Assembly (NCBI RefSeq): GCF_024521635.1 | Contig: NW_026250404.1 | Coordinates: 2,356,001-2,420,000, forward strand | Origin: Tricharina praecox | Lineage: Eukaryota | Direction: 5' to 3' | DNA: 64,000 nucleotides | In this document: positions 49,344 through 63,341 of the stretch, in pieces | How the letters are laid out: each line of letters begins with the position of its first letter | Position numbering within the stretch: position 1 is the stretch's first letter | The notes under the pieces: model-generated | Databases searched by the model: none | What the model saw: only the letters and a program-made list of their open reading frames with translations | What the model was told of the DNA's origin: nothing | Program-made: the position numbers and the translations under genes

Positions 49344-51450
49344 CTATGACTCCTGCGCACAGCACCCATTCCCATTCTTGACCTCTAGCTCATGTTCCTT
49401 ATTCACCACCGCGCCTTCACCAGCACCCTGCGCATGCTTCGCACTTAGTAGAACGCTCTGGTTGAACTGCTGCGTGCTTGGGGGCACGTCTAGCCCCGGG
49501 TTCTTATCGAAGAAGTTAACCGGCTTAAACGAGACCTTCAAGATCTCACATGGCATGACAGGGAAGTCCTCTATCCTCGGGATGTGGTTAATCCCGAACT
49601 GAACGAACACGACTGGCTCGCCATCGATTTCTTCTTTGCGGGCCGCCCACCCGCGCACGCCCTCGCCGCCACGCGACTGATTCGTCCACTTCCCGGCAGA
49701 GAACAGCTCGCCCTCGCGGTACTTGGTGACATAGACGGCGTTGTCGCCGAACTCGGCGCGCTTGAAGTGGAAGCTGTTCTTGTCGGCGAGGAGCTTTTGG
49801 AACGGCGGGACCGCGATCTTGTAGCCCGTGGATTTGTTGTTGATCGGGTTGCGCGCGCGAGTCGATTGGATCTTGAATGTGCGGTTGAGCGCTGTGGCCG
49901 TGTCGTGTCCGCCTGGTACGGTGATCTCGGTTTCCCGCGTGATGTAGCCTACTCCGTAGGGATTGGTGTCTGGGTGCACCGGGAGTGCGACCGCTTCTTC
50001 GACGACGACTTTGTTGCCTTGCCCGTCGATCGCGGGGTCCAGGCGCAGGGAGAAGATGTGTTGGTGGTGGGCGGCGAGGACCCCGGGGTGGACGACGGTT
50101 CCCCACGGCACCTCGAGGCCGTGCTCGATCGGCGAGGTGGAGAGGATGCCGGTGGCACGAACTTCGTAGTGGAATTCCCCGCTCTGGCCGAAGATGAACG
50201 CCAGGATGTACTCGTAGTTGCTGACCGTGATGATGCTTTGGATTACCAGCTCGCGGGAGCGGGTAACGACCGCCCGGCCCGTGCGGTAGTTTATGTGCTT
50301 GAAGCCGATGCCCGCGTCCTGCTCGTGGATGCACATCACGTTTGGCATTTCCAAGACCTCGCCGGTTTCTATCGAGAGGTTCGAGGAGAGATAGTGGATC
50401 GAGCCGAGGCAGTCGCAGCCGAGTTTGAGGTTGTTCGCCATTACGCCGGCACCCTGCAGCTAGTTAGTCGAGTCATGAAGCGTGCACGGCAGATGTACTC
50501 ACCGCATCTCCCAGGTCAAACGCCTGTTTCTTGTGGTAGGGGGAGCGCGGGTCGGCATACGGAATCGACATGTCGCTGAGCGCAATCCTCCATACGATAT
50601 CTCGGCCATCGTACGAGATGTTGTACAACACCATGCCTTCGCGGTGGTTGAATCCCGTCCTCAGCTTCCACTTCTGCCACTCGATCACGGCGCTACCACT
50701 GTCTCGGATCTCTTCCGTGACGGTGAAACTCGCTCCTTCCGGCTGCACCACGTGCAGAGGCTTCAGATCTGTGCGCAGGTTCTGGTGCTCGGGGGTGTAC
50801 TCGGACGGAGGCGGAACCCGATACGGCTTCGGCAGAGTAGGCGTGTGATCAGTGCCGGTTGGCAGGTTTTCGATCCTGACCACCTTCATAGTCTCGACGT
50901 CCACGACGGGACTGATCGAAAGGGGAAACGCGTAGTGATTCGAGTCGGGATCATTCTCGCCGTGCGGCGACTGCAGGTAGAGATAGCACTGAAACTGCCG
51001 CCTCGAGTCGTTAACGCCGTCGGAGCCATAGATCCATGGGTCGGACACCACGACACTTCCTTCGGGCAAACGCAGTTTCTTGAGCTCCTCCTGCACGCCA
51101 GGATCCGCAAGCGCCACCTTCTCCATCGCCACGATCTCGGGGCCATCTGCGGGGCCATGGAACCCGTCCTTGACGCGCGAGTTGCTCGTGAGCCGCGACT
51201 TCCCAAGATCCACGATCGCCTCGTAGAGCTTGTCCGTGTTGCGGATGTAGTAGCAGAGGTAACCCTCACGGGCGGGCAGCGGCCCGGGACCGGCGCCTTC
51301 GTTCCATGCCAGTAGACTGGCTTTTATGGGCTCTCGAAGGGCGATGGCTTTGAACTGGAACTCGTTGCCTGCGGGCAGTGGGAAGCCGGCTTTTAGGATC
51401 GCGCAGCAGGCAGTGATCTCATTTGGTAGGAGGGGCGTAAGCGGATGCAT
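49344..51450 (-). CDS. Copper-containing (TPQ) amine oxidase
   Basis: TVSNYEY topaquinone consensus, HHQH and GINH copper ligands, PYADPRSPYHKKQAFDLGD, LKLGCDCLG, EDFPVMP; one intron. Confidence 0.96.
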
Positions 51451-54400
51451 TGTGGCGTCGGCGGTGGTCTATATTTGTCGGCGTGCTTAGTGACTTTTTT
51501 GTTTGGGGCCTTTCCGTATGAGACCGGGGGAAGCACTTTTATATACGATTCCCTTCCTTCCCCGAGCAACTGGAAGTAGCAACTTTTTCCGGCAAGCGTC
51601 AAGTGCAAATACGACGGCGGCTATCCCCGGCGACCGAAGAGTGTATTTCCCCACGAGAAGGAGAGAAGGAAGGCCGACGGAGGAGTTCTCGATGCAATAG
51701 GAAGTTCAATCGAAGGGAGGTTCGTTCCGAGGAGCCAGGTGACCCCGGATTTTCGAGTGATACGGATCTGATCTGGTCTGGGATTTCTACGAAGGCAGGT
51801 AGGCAACTCAATTAAGTCGGGATTTTTTTTCTCGAGATTCGGGAGGATGGTAGATAAGCAAGTGGGGGGAGGGTGACGCAGGCCAGGGCCGACCGTGAGA
51901 TCGGACGAAAGCTCTGGATTCTGGCTGTCCTATGTACAGACAGGAGGACGAAGGATACAGCACCGAACAGCGGAGGGTCCCAGATCTCTGTTTTTGCGGG
52001 GGCGGGGGAGGGGATCTGATGCTGAGGGTTCGGCGGGCGAGCTAGTGGAGGGGAACCAAGGCGGATGATCCTTTCGGATTAACGGCGGGTGGTAGCGTCG
52101 GATCGCGGAGGTGGGAGGAGCTAAGGAAACAGTCTTGTTTTGGGCCCTTTCGTCGCTCGGTTGCTCAATCGAGATACCGTGTAGGGCAGTGGTGGAAGAG
52201 GTCAGTTATATGTCGGTAGCTGTAGGATATTAATATGGGTAAATATCGATCCTTCCGACTTCGTGGTCTCGCCTGAGTCGCCTGGGTCCGCACTCCGCAG
52301 TTCCCAGAATAAACCCGCACGTCGGAATAGCAATGGCTGAGAAAAAGCAACGTTCGAACGACACGAAAGGGTATCGGAAACTGGGGGGCGTCGGTGGGAC
52401 GAGAATCGAGTCTTTCCGTCAGTGCCGAACGCGCGAGAAGAGGGGGATGGGGTATGTACTGGAGTCTGGACTGGAGAAGCACTCACGGTTAGAGAAGTCA
52501 GATGGAAAGGTGGTAGGGGACGGGATGGAGGGTTCTTGATATCTCCCAGGGTCTTGAATCTTGAGGCTTCAGCAGGGAACGTATGTATAATACAGGCAGT
52601 ATAGTGCACTACGCATTTCTCGGATGTAGTTGCGTCAACAGCGGAAAAGAGGAATCTGGTGAGTACATACCCCGAAGCCCACGATGCCCCATCCAACACT
52701 GTGGGGAACCCTGAGCATTCGAAAGCTGTGAGGGGGGGTTGGCGGCATGCCGTAGGCATCAGCACGCAGTAACTAAGGTACGGGTCTGTACAAGTCGATA
52801 CTTGTTTTCTGCAATGCACGTGGACGGGGGATCACGGGCATCGGTGCCCTTGCTTCGGGAATGCAGGATGGATGAGGACTGTAGTTGGTGATGGGGATGA
52901 GATGAATGCCGCCGGACGTAGTAAGGATTGTAGAGTATGATGTATGTTCCGGCATCCGCGAAACCGGAACCGTAAAGAGCTCTTCCTCGTCCTTGACCTC
53001 GTCGTCATCGTTCTCTTGCTCTTGCTCTTGCTCGTGCTCGTCCTTTCCCTCTCCCTCTTCCTCTTCCTCTTCCTCTCCTCGTCCTCTCCCTCCTCTTCCT
53101 CCCCATCCACCACCACCACCACCTCCCCCCCTTCTCATTTGCTCATCGCGGCGATGACATCGTTGTCCGCAAAGTGGTGATCGTTTCGGCAGCCGAGAAG
53201 GCCTACAAGTGAGTATTGCGCATGGGCATCGCATTGCCGCATTTACCCCCAAGCGAGCCTTGGGAATGCTGGAACGTTTCATGGGCATGATTGTGTGGGG
53301 AATAGGTACGTATGGAGTCGAAGAATCCCCAATCCGTATGCATAGCACAGTCAGATAGTTTCGTCAACGGGGCCGAGATGAGCAGTCAATCCATTCGATC
53401 GAACGGACTCGACGTCCATACGGCACCTACCGTCGATACAGCTAGGTACTCTACATACGGTACGGTTCACAGCTCGCCCCCGAGCGACACTTTATGCGCG
53501 CAAACCCTCGGCGCTGCAGTGCAGACACTGAGCTCGCCTTCGGTTCGCTCGGAGAAATAATTCGCGATGTGACTCGTCGGTTGGCTGGTTGGCTGTCGGG
53601 TGGCTGGCTGTTGGGCGTCGCAATCGTTTGGTCGTCGAACGCCTCGCTGCCGACCTTCTGCATTTGGCCGTCGGTGCCCGGCCGGGAGCTACCGTAGCCA
53701 TGCTTTCTTCTTTCTGCCCCTCCGCACCTCGAGCCCGTGATTCCCGGAACTCTCTCTGAATTCTTGCCTGTTTCAGCACGACAACCCGTCAACTTGCCTT
53801 GCTCTATGACAGCGTGACGTGGACTTATTTCGAGATAGGTACCTCAGTAAGTAAGAAGGTATATACATTCAAAGTACATGCTGGCCAGTAGTTTTATGAC
53901 GGGCCGGCTGATCAAGTGCGGGGTCGCGAGTTCAAGTGGCCAACCAGGTACATACCTGGAATAGGTACCTGCACGTGCATAGTTCCCGGCGCTCTGCCGC
54001 CCAAACAAACCCCGATTCTTTTCTTCAGGTTCTAGCACGTACATACCGTAAATACATACCGATACCTACTCGCGCGACCGAACGGGTGCCACTGTCACTT
54101 CCACAGGCCGTCGGGGTTCGGAGTGTGCACTGTGCAAGTGATCCCAGCCCATTGCCGTGTGTAATCCCCCACAGCCAAGCCGTCCAGCTTAGATACCAGT
54201 ATGTACCTATTCGCGAACGGGATTCATGGCCGCAATCGGTCACATGTAGGATTCTTGGCCTTATGCACCCATTGGGACATGCCCGGAACTGCATTCCACA
54301 TATGTCCGAACGGCCTGCATGGACGTGCGTTCAATGTTCATGCCTTGGTGGCTGTCCGTGGGCAGACATCTACCATGTATACCTACTCTGAAGTCTGCAT

Positions 54401-54906
54401 GCCGTGAGGCGTGAGGCGTGCCAATCGGACGACTCCCCAGGTATCTACATACCAGTAGTTACTTCCAGTACTCTCAAGCACACAAATGAATCGCCTAACT
54501 ACCAACCGCCTGTGCAGCACGACGAACCGGAGCCGAGGAGTTGCTGCGATCATGAAACATGCTCTGCATACATATAGCACCTAGAGGCCGAGCCCCATCT
54601 GGCATCTACTCCAGTCTCCAGGAAGCCCCCTGAGGGGAAACAAGCCACAGACCTGCTTTTCGACCGCTGCACTGGGAATCACTCGGCGGTAGATGGTGGG
54701 CTTCGAATTACCTACGTCCGTACTATTTCCATACCTTAGTATCGGCGTGCATGATCATGTTTTAACCAGAGACCAGTACGTATCGCAATTGCAAGTGCAA
54801 ATCCGGCCCATTGCTAACATTGTGTACCTCTAATAACTACTAAACGCTTCATATCCACAATCTTCCCGAAATGTGACCGGTCCCGCTTGCCTACATGACG
54901 TATGTA

Positions 54907-57900
54907 CTAATCTCCTCCGCCTACCTCCGACACCGCGGACGACTGGTAGTCCTTAGCATCAAAGAAGTCCGTATCTTCGCTGCTACTCTCGTAGACCTTC
55001 AGTCCGCCCTTCCGTCCCTTCCGGTTCTTGAGTAATACATCCGCCGATCGTAATACCATCCGAGAGCGGGTTTCGTGTACCTCGAATTCAGCGGGCGAGT
55101 CGAGACCATCTTCCGGCGCGTCTGTGAATTCTTCTTCCTCTCCCTCCTCATCGTCGTTGTCATCTTCGTGAAGTTCCTCGTCCACCTCCACTTCCTCCTT
55201 CTGTTTCATCTTCACTTCTTCCTCTTCCTGCTTCCTCTTCTCTTGCTCCTCCTCCTCCAGCTTCCTCCTCCTCTCTTCCTCCTCCTCTGCCTTCTTCTTA
55301 GCGATCCTCTCCTTCTCTTTCTCCCCAAACATCTCAATCCCCGCACGCGCCGCCTTCGTCCTAGCATGCTGCCTACTCGCGCACCTCTCAACCTTGGTCC
55401 ACACCGCCGCGTCGACAGTGAGCTCACACGAATACAATCCGCCGTCCTCCTGTTCGCAGTGATACTTAACGACACCCATCCTGCCCCCTTCCGCCACCAT
55501 GATCCCAAACCTACTCAGCGGATGATTAACTGTGACCCTGTCCCTAACCAATCGTCTAAGGACCTTCATAACGCCAATGCGCTCCAGAAACGCCTCGACC
55601 GCCGCAAACGAGCCATTCGAGTCGACCCAGATCGCGCCGACAATGCTCTCGATGATGTCAGAGAGATGTTTTGGCGCGTCGAGCTCCTGCAGGTCCGTCC
55701 AGGGGTACTCGGGCGACGACTCCAGCTGCTGCGCAATGGTGTCCTTCCACTTCCTATACCTGCGCGCGCAGGCGTCCTGTGCGTGCCGCAGCTCTGGGTT
55801 GTTGTGGCGCAGGAAGCGGTGGAGCGGCAGCTCGACTTTTCGGCGGGTGGGCGCAGAGTGCGCGTTGGTTTCTGTGCGCTCGATTGTCGTGGTTGCGCCG
55901 AGGCAGAGGAACGCGAGGAAGTGCGCGTTCACGCAGCAGGATTTTAGGTGGTGCATGTTGATGTGCGTCAGAGGCGTGGATAGCCCGTGGAAGTGGTACA
56001 AAGTGTTGACTACTACGGTGTCGATCACGGCGTCGCCTAGGAACTCGAGGCGCTGGTAGGACGTGGTGTTGGTTGCGTCGCCGGCGCCGCCGGCGCCGTA
56101 CGAGAGGTGCGTCGTCGCCTCGATGAGCAGGAGCGGGTTGTCGAAGGAGTACCCGAGGAGCTGCTGGAGCTCGGTGAAGTGCTGTGGGTAGGTGCGTGCA
56201 CCTTGTTTGCTGGCGTTGGAGAGGGCGTTGGCGCGGAGGCGGGATGCGCGGGTGGTGAGCGGGTGCCATGGCCAGTCGACACCGAGGTTGAAGGTTGCGC
56301 AGCATTGCGTTGCAAGGTCGTAGCCGCCGGTGAGGTACGAGACGCCGATGATGGACTCGACGACGTCCGCGAGGATCTTGGTCGAGAGCATCTTGCTGTC
56401 CGGGGGTGTCACGTTGGAGTCGGCGTATCTGGGCTTCCATTTGAGCGCCGTGAAGGGCGCGAGGTTGATCCATCGGCTGAGACGCTTCTCCGCCGCGGAT
56501 TTGGAAGATGTGCCGTTGGACACCACGTGGTCCTTTGCGGCCGTGAGGTATCCCTCCGGCCAGAGTGGAAACTCGTCCATGAGCGCGACCGAGGCGAGGA
56601 CTTTGAGCACTGAATCGCCCAGGAATTCGAGGCGCTGATAGTCCACTGGGTCCCGGGTAGCTGATGCAGTGGTGGCGTGTACAAGAAGTTGGTTGGGCAC
56701 ATCGAGCTGTAGGGTCTTCTTCAGGTCTGCGGCGAGGAGTGCTTTCTCAACCCGGTTGATGAGAGCTGGTAGGAACAGTGCCAACATGGCGTATTTCAAT
56801 GGTAGAGGCTCGACCGTCAGGAACTCTGGAAGCAGCAGCAATGTCTTGCAAGGCTTGTGAAAACCCTCGCGGTGTAGAAAGTCTCGTCGTTTGGGGAGTT
56901 CGTTGACTTCGATCAATGGCTGATCCGCCCTCACTTTATCGCGGTTCCGAGGAGACTTGGCCTTGAAATCGTCGGCGTTACCGATATCCACGTCCGTTAC
57001 CAGCCGTCTGAATATATACGCCATTTGGTTTGAGGTTTTCCGCAATAGCCCTATGTTAGACAAATCGCCATTCCTTTCGTTGATCAACTCAAGGGCGTTT
57101 TGGTGTACGTCGGGAATCATGTCCCAAGACTCGCCGCCGTCGCTAGGGAGGAAGAGGTAGATGAAATCGTCGCGCATGGCATCCATCCTGGAATTAAACA
57201 CAGTCATCATCAGCCGGCGGGTTGCCTTCCTGCCGCGCTCCACCATCATCGGATCGTAGTCGATACGACGACTACGGCCAAATCTCGCATTCGCCGTATC
57301 GCTGAGCGGCCAGAACAGCTCGAATTCCTCAACATAAGGGACCTCAACCGGCAATACCATATCAACACTAACCGTTCTGCCGGTGTCGAAGTCCAACGTC
57401 AAAGTCATGATATACAGCGACTCCGCGTTCTCCCACTTCTTGCCGACCTCGGCCCATATATCCATCCGCTGATCGACCTCGACTCTCGGCGCCCTCTTCT
57501 GCACTTCCTGTTCGTTCTGGAACTCGCCCTTAACCAGCGGCATCAAGTAGTCGTCCACAAGCTGTAGCTTGATCAGTTTCAGGAACGCCTCGAAGGCGGC
57601 GTCGCGTTTCGCCGCACGTTCCGTCTTCCAGGCTCGTGTCCCGGAGGACCGCCGGATAGCCTGATCGATGGCATTAGGTAGGATCACCTCGGCCGTCCAC
57701 TCGCGACCGCCTCCCGGAGGTGGAAGGATTTTACATTCTGTTCGGAATTCGGGGCGCGAGTCTACGAAGTCTCCCATGGGCAGGCAGTCACAGAAGTGGT
57801 AGAGATGGGGCAGGACGTTTGCAAACATCAATAGAGCCCTGGGTGGTCTGGTCAGCGGGGGTGTGAGGGTGATTTGGATGGCGGTAGCTCACTGTGTTTT

Positions 57901-60507
57901 GTTCATTCTCATGACCCGATCCTCTCCTTCCTCGCACTCGTCATCCTCAACTTGCTCGAGTTCTCGGTTCGGGTCGGAGTACATTTTGATCATCTCCTTC
58001 TCCATTTCCTGGAAAGCAATAACACCACTGGTGTCGCGGCTGCCTAGCATGATGACGTACGAGCTGGATTCGCGACGGGCTCTTCCTCGGCGCTGGACGA
58101 AGCTCTTCAAATTGGTAGGCAGGTCGAAGCACACCACCAGATGGCAGTCCTGGATATCGATTCCTTCCTCGATGGCCGAAGTGGCTATAAGTAGGTTCAA
58201 CTTTCCGGCACGGAAATCCCTGAGGGTACCTTCCTGCTTCTTGCCGCCCACCAATACATCGTGCAGGAATCTTTGATTCCTCTGGGCGCTGGTCGAGGTG
58301 CCGACCATAGTGCCGACCCGGAAAAGGTCTCGCGTCTTCGGATGCTGGGAGATGATCTGGGCGATAACAGCCACAGCAGCCCGCTGCGTCACGAACACCA
58401 GTCCGGAGAAATCACTGTGCTCTGCCGAGTACTCCTCCAGCAGCACCTCGATGAGTGTATCCACCTTTGCCGAAACATGGTCTTCGATCGGACCTAACGT
58501 GCTCGGTAGCACGACCTCCTGCAGAATGCGGCGCACATAGCGTGCTTCATCACCGGTGCTGAAGAATGCTCTGAAATCGTCTCCGACCCGGTCGTCTTTA
58601 TCGGCATCATCATCTCCCAGCGCCTCATCCATCTCCGTATCAAAGTTATTCTGCCGGTGTAAAAATTTGTGCACGACTCCGGTGATGAACCAATCGGTAG
58701 CCCACACACCGCATTCGGACATGATATGGCACGCCTTGTTGACAAAGGTCTTCATGTGCTCCTGCGAGTACGTTTTCTCGCTCATGATGGCCATTTGGAG
58801 ATCACGTTCGGCTCTGTTGTCAAGACGTCTCTGTAGCATGATGATGTACGGATCTTCCATTATATCCATGCATTCGTAGGCCTCCAGGAGCGATGCGAGA
58901 GAGTTGGGCACTCCCGCGTAGAAGGAACTGGATTCAGATGCTGGAGCTGTTGACACGACACCGGATGGAAAACGTTCACCGATGTACGGGTCGACGGGCT
59001 CTGTTTCGTACCCTTCCGATCCATGTGATGTATGGACGGCCGGGAAAGACTTTCTTCGCTTCGGAGAGATGGCCTTGCCTACTGTGGCAGATACCAGCTC
59101 GCCGGTTAGGGGATCGATGTCGTCGAATTCATCGTCCCCATCTTCCACCTCGGAAGAAAGTTGAGAATACTGCCTGGTTCGGATGGGAGCACGCGCTGGC
59201 TTCTCCGCCACCTCGCCGGTGATGGGGTCTATGGTCTCGAATTCGGAATCGGAATCGTAGGGCGACGATGGCTTCGCCCCCATCTCGTCCATCTCTGCAT
59301 CGTCCGATACTGTCTCATCCACCTCCTCAGCCTCCTCAACCACCCTCTCCATATCGCCCGTCTCCATAACCTCCTCATCCTCCTCATCCTTTTGCTGCAT
59401 TCTCCCTGCCTGCTGCTGTCCCAAAGCGAGAAGATCCGCCCGCGAAGATGTAGTAGCAATTTGCTCATTCGCCTGCGGCCTAGTGGAGTTGCCATACCTC
59501 ACCAACTTAAGCTTCGGCGGCCTAACATTCTCCAGCAGCTCTTTGCGGTGCTTCAATGGCGTCCGGGCAATAGCATTGAGGTTGGACTCGATTATTTTCA
59601 GCTGTGCGGGATTCGATTTCATGATGGGGCTTGCCGTGAGCCCCAAGATGTCCGGCACCGGGAGTCCGTCCCGTACTCGCTCGTGGTAGAAGTGCCGCAT
59701 TATCATGTTCGCGGGGTGGTTTTGTATACAATGATGGGCTGCGTCGAGGTCAGTGGGGGGAAGGGGTGGGGGGCATTGACTCGGAGCGGAGGGTGTGCAT
59801 ACCCTCATCGAAGATTAACAAGCCGATACGCTCCATCTGTACGAAGCCATGGGTGAGAGCATCTAGGAGCACCTGTAGTCGGTCAGAACATGTAGCCATA
59901 CATCTCACAGCAGCGGAGAGGACAGTGGACCTGATGAGTACTGATAACCACCGGCGCCTGAAGCAACTCGTCCCAGATCTCTTTATTGCTCCATTTGTCG
60001 ACACCAGAGGATCCCATGAGGAGTGCGATCCCGACGGGCGGAAGCGCACTCATGAGCACTTGGTGCTGCTGCTTTGCCAACTCAACTCCTGGGATCAGGA
60101 ACCATGATAACTGGAGATGTTAGCCGTAGCTCAGGGACGGGAGGGACGGAATACAGACCTTACCGTCGCCACGATCTAGCTGATGGCAGATACGCATGAT
60201 GGCGCTGATTGCCGTCTCATTAAAATTCCATGACGTCGCCAAGATGTGGTGGAGAAGGAAGGGTTTACATATGAGTTTTCCCAGACCCAGTGTCCATCTT
60301 TTCATCACCCATCAGTCTCCAAGTCTACTGCATCTCTGGCCAGGGTCAACACACAGCTACGATGATATTCCGTCGCAAGCTCTCCTCGAGCATCTCCGCC
60401 TGATAGTTGCGCGTCCTCGGCAAGTAGACCTTCTTTTCCGCCGGTGTAGACAGGACGATGGGCTCTTCATCGGAGGTGGAGCCATAGCTTCCACTTTTCG
60501 AATCCAT
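54907..60507 (-). CDS. dcl2: Dicer-like protein 2 (DExH helicase, dimerisation domain, 2x RNase III, dsRBD)
   Basis: [103 protein letters not shown]. Confidence 0.95.
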
Positions 60508-63341
60508 CGGGCCCGGTTTCGGTTGGATATCGATAAGTGTGAGATGGGGCGGTCGTGGGGGAGGTTTGGCTGTGAGGGGAAGTTTAGCGGGGTTGAGCAC
60601 GCCTCTATATGTAGCCTCCGATAAGATGGGCCTGCTCTGCTGCCTAGTTGGCCGGTCCCCGATACAGTCGCTGCCGATCCATTCGACGAGGTCCGTAGGA
60701 TGTCACGAGTACGCGAGCCGACAGGAGGAGCGAATGGGCGGTCGAAGAGACGAATATCTCGTTTATCGGCAGATGCGGACGCGGGGTCATTGGACAACTT
60801 GCATTCTCGGAAACGTGCTGGGCGGCGGCGGCTCTTCGCATTTAATGTTTCAACGCGCCATTCGAAGAGGAGCGAAACTCTGTGACTCAGATAGACAGAA
60901 ACCTTCTTTGCCTGCGCACCGCGTCCAGACCCACATGCGCGCGTTCAAGGTCGCGACCCACGAGTATATAAGGCAAACAAAGAGGGAACATGGTCTGGCC
61001 ATGTTAGCGTCCCCTCCCGTGCTCAATCGGCCTCCCGGGCGCCAGGGACGCTAACCGGTATGTACTCGCGGTACATACACAGGCATAAAGTTTTGGAGTA
61101 TGCATGTACACAGAGTACATACGATATGGGGCTGGACTTAAAAGAAAGTATGAGTGAAAAGGCTGTTCCTCTACATACGGTCTGAACGGACCTTATCAAA
61201 CTCACGTGACGTAGCGCACAACTACACTGATCCGAACAGACTTGTCGGTGGGTCGGCTTCAGCCACCAAACCTATCACTCGCCTCTCACGTGCTTCTCTA
61301 CATAGCCTCCTTTCGTGCCAATCATATTCCATCACGTGATTATCACGTGCCGAGTCCTTCCTCATGATCGCGCTCTCTCTTTGTACCACAAGAGTAAGGG
61401 CCGTTTGGATGACCTCAGTTCTCAGTTCCAGTTTTAGAACCAAAGTCAGTTCCCCGCCTGGACACCGAATACCGTTCAGTTTCAGTTTCCGGAAAACTTT
61501 GAGGTGAACAGAGTGTTTGGCCATTCTCAGTATACTCAGCCATAAGTCTGAATAATAGGCTTTACTAGAACTTTAATAGTAGACACATTGTACCAGGAAC
61601 AGCCAATAGGTCGTGCCTCACCACCATTACGAATCATAAGCGCAAGGTGAGGCACCACTGGTTATTTCACTTGGTTGCCTGGCGTTCCAGAAATCTCAGA
61701 GAGATCCTGCCATCGCTACGGTATCTAAAGTATGTACTGGTGGGAGAGAATTCATTCTCGCCGCTATATCTAGATTTAGATGAGCTTTGCACTCATCTAG
61801 GATTTGGTAAATAGGCCTATGATTCGCATAATATACCGTGCTTTACCGATTACGAAGAGACGTGAGTAGGTATATAGTACTCGGGTGATTATGAAACGGC
61901 ACGATCACAACCGATCACTAACTACACCTGACCTCGACCTTATCGGCGAACGTCACGTGAGCACAAATGGGATTTCCACCATCGTCCATCGTGGAATCGT
62001 AGTGGGACGTAAGAGAAAACAAGGCGACCCCGAGTGTATATCGTACGATCCATTGGGAGGCAGATAGGTGCTGTTTTATGGAAAGCTAGGTAGGGGATTC
62101 TCGGAAACACGAGTGATGCTCCACGGAACCATTCCGACACTCGGAATAGCTTCATACGTAACCACATGCATCCGAGACACAACAGAAATATGCATGCATG
62201 TCCCATGAATGATCAAAGATACAATGGGAATGTAATTCAAATAATTCATTTGAAGCTTCGGCATCTTCAGTCAGGATCATATTGAAGTTGCTGTGTTTTG
62301 TGGAACCCGGGTGGGACTTTTTGTGGGGACTTTTTGTGGGTACCCGGGTGAGGACTTGGATGAGTGTCTTCGCCCATCACCCTTCAGTTTCTCCCACACC
62401 ATATCAACTAGATCAACCTCATCATGCCGCAGCAGGTACATAAAGTTATACTCTCGTGCTTGAATTTGAAGAGCGAACTCGATCCCCACGATTTGTTATC
62501 CTTTACCGGAAGGCGAAGTGGTAGCTTTTTTTTCTGCCCTTGTTCTCGAGTCTCTGGCCGGTCTTTTCATCCCTTACCATCAATACTTGAATCAAGTCAG
62601 CAGAGTCCAGCCGACATCGAAACTGCTTTGACTGAACTTAGTGTACTTCACTGGCAGTGGAGACGCGCATAGGAGTGAGCTGTGCCTCTCTTGCTCTCAT
62701 ACTATACCGCATTCATCTGCTACTATATTCCTACTGACTCGAGATAATGGGATCCTTCGATCCCGACACTCCGTGAACATCCATCGGTTTTCCACGAGCA
62801 AGGCTCAATTATGGGTCCAAACCCATATCTACGATGGCAACATTAGCCGTCGCGGTTGGACGGTGCGGGTGGCGGCGCCGTATCTACTACTCCATGGTAG
62901 GGGCATGATCGGATCTAGAAGATAAACCAACCGTATATGGTTGAAACCTTGAGTTACTGAGGCACCAAGAAGTCTCCAATGTGAGCATGCCCCATTGCGG
63001 GCCAACATCGCATATGAGAAACAAAGTTTTCTATCGGAGGAATTGAAAGGTATATTGCATGGATCCCCTTCTCTCATAGTGGTTCGGAATAAGCCAGAAA
63101 GACGAAGGTTAAGCTACAAAACCATTTTAATGACTGGAATCTCCGCCGTCTTTCAAGTTGAAGTTCCCCGATGAGCTCGAGCTACAAAAAGCCACGTCTT
63201 CTTGCGGTTGTTCTTGCTTCTGTTCCTCATCATGCCTCGCTAACAGCTTCTCTCCTACGACTTCTGAAGATTACGAGATAAATTCCAAACCTCCACCCGA
63301 TTTTACCGATACAACCCCCGCGATACAACCCTCACGATAAG

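Noticed and set aside
49584..50579. 331-aa + strand ORF (and similar long antisense/alternate-frame ORFs such as 2336-3031, 35597-36385, 55075-55947)
   Set aside because: Shadows of GC-rich coding genes on the opposite strand or frame; no recognisable domains
52773..53348. 191-aa minus-strand ORF with poly-G/E tract
   Set aside because: Explained by a purine/pyrimidine microsatellite; no domain or splice support
55990..56645. QRLEFLGD instead of ERLEFLGD in both RNase III domains as inactivation
   Set aside because: Catalytic E, D and downstream D..E residues are intact, and the Q variant is usual in fungal DCL2
60508..60600. ORF-track start for Dicer at 60600
   Set aside because: It is a GTG; the first in-frame ATG is 60507
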